Positions 9,407-17,002 of a DNA stretch of 50,069 bases are shown here, one piece after another; position 1 is the first letter of the stretch, and the number at the start of each line of letters is the position of its first letter. Position numbers and translations under genes: made by a program. The stretch covers positions 1-50,069 of the forward strand of contig CAYQBA010000006.1 of NCBI GenBank assembly GCA_964415605.1, written 5' to 3'. The notes under the pieces are model-generated. The model saw nothing but the letters and a program-made list of their open reading frames with translations. It was not told the DNA's origin and ran no database searches. The stretch is from an uncultured Anaerolineales bacterium (GTDB lineage: Bacteria > Chloroflexota > Anaerolineae > Epilineales > Epilineaceae).

Positions 9407-10576
9407 ATGCGTGACGTCCGCCCCGCCATCGAGGCCTGGCTGGCGGCGGGCGAGGCCGTGGCGCTGGCCACGGTGATCCGCACGTGGGGCTCGGCGCCGC
9501 GGGCGCCTGGCGCCAAGCTCGCGATCTCGGCCGGCGGCGGCCTCGCGGGGTCGGTCAGCGGCGGCTGTGTCGAGGCGGCCGTCGTCGAAGCCGCGCAGGC
9601 GGTGCTCGGAACCGGCATCCCACGACGCCTCTCGTTCGGCGTCCCCGATGCCACGGCCTGGAGCGTCGGCCTGGCCTGCGGCGGCGAGATCGCGGTGTGG
9701 GTCGAGCGGCTCGACCCGGCGGCGTTCGCGGCGGCGACGGGTGCGCTCGACCGCGGGTCGGGCGTGACGGCGGCGACGGTCGTGGCGGTGTCAGACGCCG
9801 GCACCACGCCCGATCTGCTCGGGAGCAAGGTTGTCGTGGCGGGCGAGGGCGACGTGCCCGAGGTCGTGTGGTCGAGCGGGGCGGCCGCGGAGGTCATGCG
9901 CGCGGCGTGGCCGGCGATCCTGGCCGCGCACCGCGCCGGGCAGTCGGTCGAGATCGCGCTGCCGGGCACGGGCGACCGCTCCGACCCCGCGCCCGGGGCT
10001 CCCGGCACGGCGCATCTGCTCGAGGCGGCCACCGCGATGCTGTTCGCCGACGTCGACGCGCCGCCACCGCTCCTCGTGATCGTCGGCGCGGTGCAGATCG
10101 CGCAGGCGCTGGCGGCCATGGCGCGCCTTGTCGGCCATCGGACGGTGGTGGTGGACCCCCGCGCGGCGTTTGCCACCCGGGCGCGGTTCCCGGACGCAGA
10201 CGACGTCGTCGTCGACTGGCCGGCCACGGCGCTGGCGCGCCTGCCGCTCTCGCCCGCGGCGGCGGTGGCCGTCCTGTCGCACGACCCGAAGATCGACGAC
10301 GCGGCCGTGGCGGCCGCCCTGGCCAGCCCCGCGGGCTACGTCGGGGCGCTGGGCAGCCGGCGGACGCAAGCCGCGCGGCGCGATCGCCTGCGAGCGGCGG
10401 GAATCGACGCAGCGCAGTTGGATCGCCTGCGTGGACCGATCGGGCTCGATATCGGGGCGCGGACGCCTGAGGAGATCGCGCTGGCGGTGCTGGCGGAGAT
10501 CACGACGGTGCGGCGCGGCGGGGGGCGAGCCGGGGCGGTGGCATGGCCTGGCGCGGCGGGGGCGGCGCCGGGATGA
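9407..10576 (+). CDS. XdhC/CoxF-family molybdoenzyme accessory protein
   Basis: MRDVRPAIEAWLAAGEAVALATVIRTWGSAPRAPGAKLAIS..GSVSGGCVE is an XdhC_CoxI N-domain. C-terminal Rossmann-like LLVIVGAVQIAQALAAMARLVGHRTVVVDPR. I chose the ATG at 9407 rather than the TTG at 9326. Confidence 0.85.
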   Translation: MRDVRPAIEAWLAAGEAVALATVIRTWGSAPRAPGAKLAISAGGGLAGSVSGGCVEAAVVEAAQAVLGTGIPRRLSFGVPDATAWSVGLACGGEIAVWVERLDPAAFAAATGALDRGSGVTAATVVAVSDAGTTPDLLGSKVVVAGEGDVPEVVWSSGAAAEVMRAAWPAILAAHRAGQSVEIALPGTGDRSDPAPGAPGTAHLLEAATAMLFADVDAPPPLLVIVGAVQIAQALAAMARLVGHRTVVVDPRAAFATRARFPDADDVVVDWPATALARLPLSPAAAVAVLSHDPKIDDAAVAAALASPAGYVGALGSRRTQAARRDRLRAAGIDAAQLDRLRGPIGLDIGARTPEEIALAVLAEITTVRRGGGRAGAVAWPGAAGAAPG

Positions 10577-11190
10577 CGGCGCGAGGCGATCGATCACGGT
10601 CGGTCGTCGCCGTCGTCCTCGCCGCCGGTGCGAGCCGGCGCATGAGCCGCCCCAAGGCGCTGCTGCCGTGGGGCACTACGACGATCCTGGGGCAGGTGCT
10701 GGAACATGCCCGTGCCAGCCGCGCGGCTGGCACCGCCGTCGTGACCGGCGCGAGTGCTGGCCCGATCGGCGCCGTCGCCCGGGCGCACGGGGCGGACGTC
10801 GTCCACAACCCGGATTGGCGGACAGGCGGGCTCACGGCATCGCTCCAGGCGGCCGTGCGCGCGGTCGACCCGGCGGCGACGGCCGTCGCGGTCCTCCTGG
10901 CCGACCAACCGCTGATCGGCCCCGCGGTGATCGACGCTGTCGTCGCGGCCCACCTCGACGATGGGTACGACCTCGCGGCGGCCGCGGACAGCGGCCGGCG
11001 CGGGCACCCGGTGCTCTTCGGCCGGCCGTTCTTCGCCGACGTCCTGGCCGAGCCGCCGGAAGGGTCGCCGCGGGCGCTGCTGGATCGGTTCGCCGATCGG
11101 CTGCGGCTCGTCGAGGTCGCCACAGACGCCGTGATCACCGACATCGACACGCCCGAGGACTACGGGCGGCTCCGGGGGACTCAAGGGTGA
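10573..11190 (+). CDS. MobA/MocA-like molybdenum cofactor nucleotidyltransferase
   Basis: ATG at 10573 makes an ATGA overlap with the XdhC stop. VVAVVLAAGASRRMSRPKALLP matches the LAAGxSxRMG..K motif of NTP_transf_3. Also ADQPLI and HPVLF. Confidence 0.85.
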   Translation: MTARGDRSRSVVAVVLAAGASRRMSRPKALLPWGTTTILGQVLEHARASRAAGTAVVTGASAGPIGAVARAHGADVVHNPDWRTGGLTASLQAAVRAVDPAATAVAVLLADQPLIGPAVIDAVVAAHLDDGYDLAAAADSGRRGHPVLFGRPFFADVLAEPPEGSPRALLDRFADRLRLVEVATDAVITDIDTPEDYGRLRGTQG

Positions 11191-11365
11191 TTCGAGCGGC
11201 GGTGTTGGGCGTTGCACTGGAGTCGGTTCACGGTGCCCAGGACTGACTCCCCTGGCGAGCCGAGGCGATCGGCTCGCGCACTCAGGCTGCCGGGTGCTCT
11301 GTTCCGACTGGAGCCAACGCTCCTCGTAGTCACTTGAGGCCAGTGGACTGACCCCGGCGTGGCCC

Positions 11366-11615
11366 CTACGGACAGCCGACTCGAAAGACGGGGCGATTCC
11401 AGAGAGGATGATAGTCCAGTCCAGGGTTCAGCAGCGACAAACAAGTGCGGTATGGGTTGTCCGGTCCGGGTGGCTTTCCGGGGTTCAGCGGCTGCATCCA
11501 CCCATCGACTGATTCCGGATTCGCCAACGCCGCAGAAATGACGGCGGCCGGGACACGCCGGCGCACGTTTCGGCAGGTGCACTGACCTGGTGTTGGGGCA
11601 GGAAGTGGTGTTGGA
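11366..11615 (-). pseudogene. displaced 3' end of the beta-propeller gene split by the IS
   Basis: Deleting the IS and one target-duplication copy joins this frame to the ORF at 12926-13599. The result reads ..ANGLITPPPPTPLPAPTPGQCTCRNVRRRVPAAVISAALANPE...RVGCP, ending at the stop 11366-11368. GC content is intermediate, like the island. Confidence 0.45.
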
Positions 11616-11625
11616 GGGGGCGGTG
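11616..11625. repeat. target-site duplication GGGGGCGGTG (left copy)
   Basis: Identical 10-mer in direct orientation immediately outside both inverted repeats of the IS. Confidence 0.8.
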
Positions 11626-12925
11626 CTGACTGCCTGACACATCGTCACGTGCCGGCGGGTCGAGATGGCCCTGGGAGCCAGGTGAAGTGACCGCCAACAG
11701 GGAACGGGATGCCGTAGGGACAGACCGGAAACGGGTCATGAGTTGGATCAAGAAAGAGCCTGAGCCGAATCGGCAGCTGCTGGAACAGGGCCTTCTGGAT
11801 ACGCCGCAGCCCGAGCTTGAAGTAACTCAGTCCCCGTTTGTGATGGGGATCGGCAGCGGCAAGGCCACCTGTTTTGACGAGGAAGGTGCCTTCGGACACG
11901 AAGTAGAGCACCGCCACGGCCATGATGAGCAGGAGTCGGTCGACCTGCTCGACGGAGTTCATCCGACTGTCCTCCCAGCCGAGTGCGCCCGATTTGTCGT
12001 CCTTGAAGCCGTGCTCGATGTTCATCCGACAGCGGTAGTCGGCAAGGATCGCCAGGGCATCGGTTCGATCGGAGACGATGAACCACGGTTCACTGCCGTC
12101 CAGCGGGCTGCGGGTGATCGCGATGTTGACCGCTGCCAGCCCGAGGCGCTTGGCACCGACGAGTCGAACGCCTTCAAGCAGGCGCACGTCCGCTGGTCCG
12201 ACGGCCTGAGCCGAGAGCCGGTTGCGCCGCCCATCGGCCAAGACGACAGAGCGATTGCCCTTCAACCGCAGCGCGAAGTGCCATCGATGGCGGCGACACC
12301 ATGTCATCAGTCGGACACCGCCGAACCCTCGATCACCCAGGAGCGTCACGCTACAGTCAGGTGGCAACAAGGCTTTGGCCTGTTTCAGGAGCGGCTCGTA
12401 GGTCTCGAATCACAGGCTGTGGCTGGCTGTCGAGACCGCCTTCCAAACCAACGGTACCGCCCGGCCGCGGTAGATCAGAGCTGCCCGGAAGACAATTCGC
12501 CGATCCTGCAGGCTGGTCGTGTCGATTGCCACCAGGGCATGCCGGCCACTCCAGGTGCTCACCGCCGTCCTTATGAACGGCTCGTAGTACGCGCCAACGT
12601 CCAGGTGGACGTTGTTCATCAGTCGCCACAGCCGACGCCACGTGCTGGCCGCTCGGGCCGGCGTCACCACCACGTCGATCCACTGGCCCAACGACGCACT
12701 TCCCGTCAGGATCACGGCCGCCACTGCCCACGCGAATGCCCGTTGCCGCCGATGATCCTCCCGTGGGTTCGCTTGTCGCACACATCGCAACACCGTAGAA
12801 TGCACCTTGAGACTGGCGGCCATCGGTTCCTCCTGGAGAGTGCGGTGTGGTAGCTTCACGCTCCAGGATACACCTTTGTCCTCCAGTCTCGCTCTCTTGG
12901 ACCCCGCGTTGTGTCAGGCTGTCAG
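11626..12925 (-). mobile_element. IS4-family insertion sequence (1300 bp)
   Basis: Terminal inverted repeats CTGACTGCCTGACACA (11626-11641) and TGTGTCAGGCTGTCAG (12910-12925) match 15/16. They begin CTGACT like the Tn5/IS50 outside end. Flanked by a perfect 10-bp direct repeat. Single transposase frame carries DDE and YREK signatures. Confidence 0.85.
11645..12823 (-). pseudogene. IS4-family DDE transposase with one in-frame TGA
   Basis: Track ORFs 12410..12859 and 11645..12370 are in the same frame, separated only by TGA at 12410-12412 (..STASHSL*FETYEPLLKQAKALLPPD..). ATG at 12823 follows AGGAGG. Motifs: AIDTT (D), LLGDRGF (D), YRCRMNIEHGFKDDK (Y-2-R-3-E-6-K). Confidence 0.85.
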
Positions 12926-13599
12926 GGGGGCGGTGTGATGAGTCCGTTTGCCGTCATCACGTCAAGAGGGACGGTCAAGGCGCCTGGTTCGTAGGGTTTG
13001 ACGCAGGCATCGATGGTGTCAGACACGGCCAGTTTTCTGCCGCGCTCTGACACGTCTATGACCACGAATTCATCCATGCGCTTGCCATCAGAGTGCAGGT
13101 GGTTCGACGCGGCGATCAACTGCGCACCTGAAGTGCTCCAGGCAAGTGTTAGCCAGGGACCGGAAATTGCCGTGGGCTCTCGGCGAAGAATGTTCGAGAT
13201 TGGAGTTCTGCCCAGCTCAGCCAAATCACCATTCTGAGAGATGTCGAACACGATCACCTGATTGAAAGCATGTACTGCGAGCAACCCTGAGTTGATCCAA
13301 CCGTGATTGAAAGCCACGTCGCCTATCGTGTCAACGTCAGCACGGGATGCGCCTAGAACGATGTCTTTGGCACTGCGATTGACTAGGTCTATCAGAGCCG
13401 GTTTCCGTGGCGCCAAATCCAGGTCAGGAACGGTTCCGTTGTACCATCGGTTGATGATGATAAATCGCCCATTCGGCGACATCGTGGCATGCACAACGCC
13501 AATGTCATTGCCAATCCGAGCGGTTACCGGCGGTTCGATCGGGAGGCCATAGCCATAACTTCGGCCACTTCGGGTAATCCCTATGCCCGACCATCCCTG
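12922..13599 (-). pseudogene. beta-propeller-repeat protein remnant (5' truncated, 3' end cut by the IS)
   Basis: Frame is open from 13599 (stop at 13600-13602) with no SD. The first possible starts are GTG 13494 and ATG 13482. Repeat-like strands SPNGRFIIINRW, NQVIVFDIS, GAQLIAASN and EFVVIDVS suggest YVTN/lactonase-type propeller blades. The present stop at 12922-12924 lies inside the IS terminal repeat. Confidence 0.55.
12926..12935. repeat. target-site duplication GGGGGCGGTG (right copy)
   Basis: Identical to 11616-11625. Confidence 0.8.
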
Positions 13600-13660
13600 T
13601 TACGGGCAGCCGCAGCGACTGGGGTGGGCGAAGTCATGAAAGGAGCCGGTCCGTCAACGA
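13545..13660. repeat. direct repeat copy 1 (103-nt core 13545-13647)
   Basis: Hand alignment to 15451-15553 gives 6 mismatches in 103 nt. Weaker homology with indels continues about 15 nt further. Confidence 0.9.
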
Positions 13661-13773
13661 ACAACCTCCCAACCGAGCGGACTGAGTGCACCACAGGGAC
13701 TTTACCAAGTTAAGAGCTGACGAACGCTTAGCGTGCGAAATTTCCTGTTTACTACGCAAACCACGTGCTCTGC

Positions 13774-14487
13774 TCATTGATTCGCAATCGCGGCCTGCAA
13801 CTCCGCAAGAAAGGGCTGGGTCGATGGATCTGACGAGATGTCAATGACGATCGGAGGTGATGACTGGATTCGGACTTCAGAGTCCGATATGTCGAGAATA
13901 CTGTATGGTCCATGTGTCGGACCAAAGGTCTCTCCATCAGGGTTACTACGGAGCAAGAAAAGCCTCACGTCTCCGGCTTGTGGCATCACCGTAGTACTGC
14001 GAACAAGATAGGCTTCTTCAGGCCATCCTACTGTCCAGCCATCGGGATCCCCAGGAGTTGGTGAGGCGTAAGTATCCGCGTTGACTCCCATCAACATCTC
14101 AACAATCGATTCCTCTTGTAGATTGATTGGTGATCGAGAGAACAATACATTGTCTACATTTATCTGAATCGTGCTAATGTCGAAACTCATACCTTGTGGC
14201 GGAGCAATCCCCCCCGGGGTGCTAGTAGGAGTGGGCATTCCAGGTCCCGGAGTGCTGGGTGATGCAGTTGGTACTATAACGGGAAAGAATTGGTTGCCAG
14301 AGAATGATGTGCTAACAACAGTACCTTCGAAAATGATAGATGAGACGCGCACGAGATCTTCGACATTGAGCGGGAGGGAGATTGCATTGTAGTTCCGAGC
14401 TTCGCGCTTTGGGGCCCACAACGCGAACGCCGCCACACTCCCGGCCAGAGCGGAAGCGATAATTACTACTACTGCATTCCTATACAT
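13774..14487 (-). CDS. hypothetical secreted or membrane-anchored protein
   Basis: ATG at 14487, 7 nt after GGAGG. N-terminal hydrophobic anchor VVVIIASALAGSVAAFALWA, a Pro/Thr/Ser linker (PTASPSTPGPGMPTPTSTPGG), and low-GC codon usage. No motif recognised. Confidence 0.75.
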   Translation of the reverse strand: MYRNAVVVIIASALAGSVAAFALWAPKREARNYNAISLPLNVEDLVRVSSIIFEGTVVSTSFSGNQFFPVIVPTASPSTPGPGMPTPTSTPGGIAPPQGMSFDISTIQINVDNVLFSRSPINLQEESIVEMLMGVNADTYASPTPGDPDGWTVGWPEEAYLVRSTTVMPQAGDVRLFLLRSNPDGETFGPTHGPYSILDISDSEVRIQSSPPIVIDISSDPSTQPFLAELQAAIANQ

Positions 14488-14557
14488 AACATACCTCCAT
14501 TAGGACTCGACGAGGAAGATTTAGACGATCGACCCAGAGACAAAAGACTAACCTAAT

Positions 14558-15268
14558 CTAGGGGTAATTGGCTTGGATCCAGATGATGTCATCGGATTGT
14601 AGATCATTAAAGAGCATGCCACCATGATTGTCAATCCAACGCAACCGACATTCTTTGTCGAACATCACCGTCACGGGATCGCAGTTCAAGCTTCGAATAA
14701 TGGCTACCCAAATATCGCCGACTGCGTGTCCACGACCAAGCGGATGCCCTATCTCATGTGCAGTTGTGTTTTGCGGGAACGGGAACCATTGAATTTCGGT
14801 AGTGTTGATCATAATCTCTCCGTAGTTTGGCCTTACACTTTTGCTGCAATTGTTGTTGGGTTTTCCACCGTTAAAGAGGCCATTATCACAATTAATCATC
14901 TGACAACCAGTCTGAGAATCTACCCACACCTTGCGTGCCGTCGCCGTGGCGTAAACCGGCCACACATTAAGCGGTGGACCGTACTCATAGAAGGTAATGA
15001 GCTTTTCGGTTCCATCACACGGTATGCCATTTCTGTATGGGTTCGCGAGGATTGGCATTTGAAAACCATTGGTGGAGTAGTCCTCCGCAGAGAAGATAAC
15101 CTCCGATCGATAGACGGACGCAAGGTTATTCACAGTGGCGAAACTTGCATCCCAGAGCCATTCATCTGGTTCCATAGCGGCCAAGGTCACCTTTGTACCG
15201 AAAAAGGCACTGACCGCCGTCAATACGGATGCCAGGACCGTCAGGAATACGATGCGCTGCGCTGCCAC
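14558..15268 (-). CDS. secreted zinc metalloprotease, metzincin of matrixin (M10)-like type
   Basis: I prefer GTG at 15268, 7 nt after GGGAGG, over the track start at 15349. That start gives the signal peptide (M)AAQRIVFLTVLASVLTAVSAFFG. Zinc motif HEIGHPLGRGH (HExxHxxGxxH). C-terminal GMLFNDLQSDDIIWIQANYP resembles the MMP block ..M.P....L..DD..GIQ.LYG. Confidence 0.85.
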   Translation of the reverse strand: MAAQRIVFLTVLASVLTAVSAFFGTKVTLAAMEPDEWLWDASFATVNNLASVYRSEVIFSAEDYSTNGFQMPILANPYRNGIPCDGTEKLITFYEYGPPLNVWPVYATATARKVWVDSQTGCQMINCDNGLFNGGKPNNNCSKSVRPNYGEIMINTTEIQWFPFPQNTTAHEIGHPLGRGHAVGDIWVAIIRSLNCDPVTVMFDKECRLRWIDNHGGMLFNDLQSDDIIWIQANYP

Positions 15269-15450
15269 GGGCGATCCTCCCAGATGGGGTTTACGTAGTA
15301 AACGAGACATTTCAGCATGGTTCAGCAGCCACCGCGACGAGGTTGACAATGTTGTGCGAGGCTTCGCGGTCGAGCTAACCGGAGGAAAACCACGCCACAG
15401 AGTGACCCGGGTGCGACGAGTCTACGCCTGGCGCTGGGAGTTGTCAAACC

Positions 15451-15568
15451 GGCCATAGTCATAACTTCGGCCACTTCGGGTAATCCCTATGCCCGACCAT
15501 CTCTATTGCGGGCAGCCGCGGCGACTGGGGTGGGCGAAGTTATGAAAGGAGCCTCCGTCGGCAACGGG
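15451..15568. repeat. direct repeat copy 2 (103-nt core 15451-15553)
   Basis: See copy 1. Same orientation, located 5' (on the minus strand) of the metzincin gene. Confidence 0.9.
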
Positions 15569-16020
15569 TGTTCCGGCCATTGCCACGGAATCGGCCATAT
15601 CGGTGCTGCTCCCTGGCCAACCCCCTCTGTCGCGAGAGGCGTGGCGACCTGGGCGGCCCACCTGGCGGCGATGGCCCCACACGGACAGCAGTCCGATCCT
15701 CGGACATCCCTGGGACGTCCGACAGTCTTCGTCCAAGCATCTGACGATGGCCGATGGTTGTGAGCGCGCTGCGAAGTCCGGCCCACGTCTCCGCTCGCCT
15801 CTCAGTATCGCCGGCGCCACTTCTGGTCCCAATCCGCCGCCTGAACGTGCGGTTGCGACTGCCTGAACCGTTCCTCCCCGGTGCACAGCCTGCGGATGCT
15901 CCACCTTGCGCGACCCAATGGCCGTCGCATGCGTATCATTCGGCTGGATCGGCGCGATTGCGCTGCCGCCTCACCCCACCCGCGCCCACGCGCGGGCCAG
16001 CATCAGGAGCGCGACACCCC

Positions 16021-16809
16021 ATGAACACCAGCCACGAAGTCGACTACCAGGTCTTCGGCGACGACCTGCAGTTCGTCGAGATCGAGCTCGACCCCCAGGA
16101 GACCGTCATCGCCGAGGCCGGCGCCATGATGTACATGGAGGACGGGATCGCGTTCGAGACCAAGATGGGCGACGGGTCCAACCCGGCCCAGGGCTTCCTC
16201 GGCAAGCTCGGCCAGCTCGGCCAGCGCGCGCTGACCGGCGAGAGCCTGTTCATGACCCATTTCACCAACCAGGGCCCCTCCAGGCGGCGCGTGGCGTTCG
16301 GCGCGCCCTACCCCGGCAAGATCATCCCGCTCGACCTCGACGACGTCGGCGGCGAGCTAATCTGCCAGAAGGACAGCTTCCTGTGCGCGGCGCTCGGGAC
16401 GCAGATCAGCATCGCGTTCAACCGCCGCTTCGGGGCGGGCCTGTTCGGCGGCGAGGGCTTCATCCTCCAGCGCCTGCGCGGCGACGGGCTGGCGTTCATC
16501 CACGCCGGCGGCACCATCGTCGAGAAGCAGCTCGCGGGCGACAAGCTGATGGTCGACACCGGCTGCATCGTCGCCTTCGAGTCGCACATCAGCTACGACA
16601 TCCAGCGCGCCGGCAACCTCAAGTCGATGGTGTTCGGCGGCGAAGGCCTGTTCATGGCCACCCTGCAGGGCCACGGTCGGGTCTGGCTCCAGTCGCTGCC
16701 GTTCTCGCGCCTCGCGGACCGCATCATCCAGAGCGCGCCCCGCATGGGCGGGAACACGGTCGGCGAGGGGTCGGTGGTCAAGGGCCTGGGCAACCTCTTC
16801 CAGTCCTAG
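16021..16809 (+). CDS. TIGR00266/AIM24 (DUF124) family protein
   Basis: Internal ATG at 16021 of track ORF 15754... [43 protein letters not shown]...[28 protein letters not shown]...[26 protein letters not shown] is typical of the family. Confidence 0.9.
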   Translation: MNTSHEVDYQVFGDDLQFVEIELDPQETVIAEAGAMMYMEDGIAFETKMGDGSNPAQGFLGKLGQLGQRALTGESLFMTHFTNQGPSRRRVAFGAPYPGKIIPLDLDDVGGELICQKDSFLCAALGTQISIAFNRRFGAGLFGGEGFILQRLRGDGLAFIHAGGTIVEKQLAGDKLMVDTGCIVAFESHISYDIQRAGNLKSMVFGGEGLFMATLQGHGRVWLQSLPFSRLADRIIQSAPRMGGNTVGEGSVVKGLGNLFQS

Positions 16810-17002
16810 GCAGCCGCCCGAGCGGTGCGTCCAGGGGAGCAAGCTGCCGCCCGTCGGATCGGGCCAGCCGGCGCCGCCGACACTCCAGCGGACGTCGAGT
16901 CGGCCGGCGATTCGGCCCGTCCGTCACAAACCCGTCCTCCCGAACGTACCGGTGGGCAAGGCGCGCGCCGAGGCGCGCCCGCAGCCACCAGGAGGATGAC
17001 CG

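Noticed and set aside
11509-11525. CUGAUUCCGGAUUCGCC resembling the 5' region of tmRNA.
   Set aside because: No GGGG acceptor start, no tag reading frame, and no T-arm or CCA-proximal 3' end could be found.
11366-11570. GUGCG at 11562-11566 (minus strand) as a group II intron 5' end.
   Set aside because: No domain V-like hairpin (only a simple 7-9-bp hairpin at 11255-11277) and no intron-encoded protein. The stretch is better explained as the displaced 3' end of the propeller gene.
12410-12412. In-frame TGA in the transposase as programmed recoding (selenocysteine or readthrough).
   Set aside because: I saw no SECIS-like hairpin immediately downstream, and I know of no precedent for this in IS4 transposases. 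A simple nonsense mutation or sequencing error is more parsimonious.
13545-15568. Direct repeat pair as a diversity-generating retroelement template/variable repeat.
   Set aside because: The mismatches are C/T, G/A and A/G in both directions, not adenine-specific. No reverse transcriptase gene is nearby.
13545-15568. Direct repeats as integron attC sites delimiting gene cassettes.
   Set aside because: No RYYYAAC / GTTRRRY core sites occur at the repeat ends, no integrase is present, and two genes lie between the copies.
15853-15868. GCGACTGCCTGAACCG resembling the IS terminal repeat (a possible solo end).
   Set aside because: Only an exact 10-mer is shared (11/16 overall). At this window size that match is not clearly beyond chance, and no partner end or target duplication is present.
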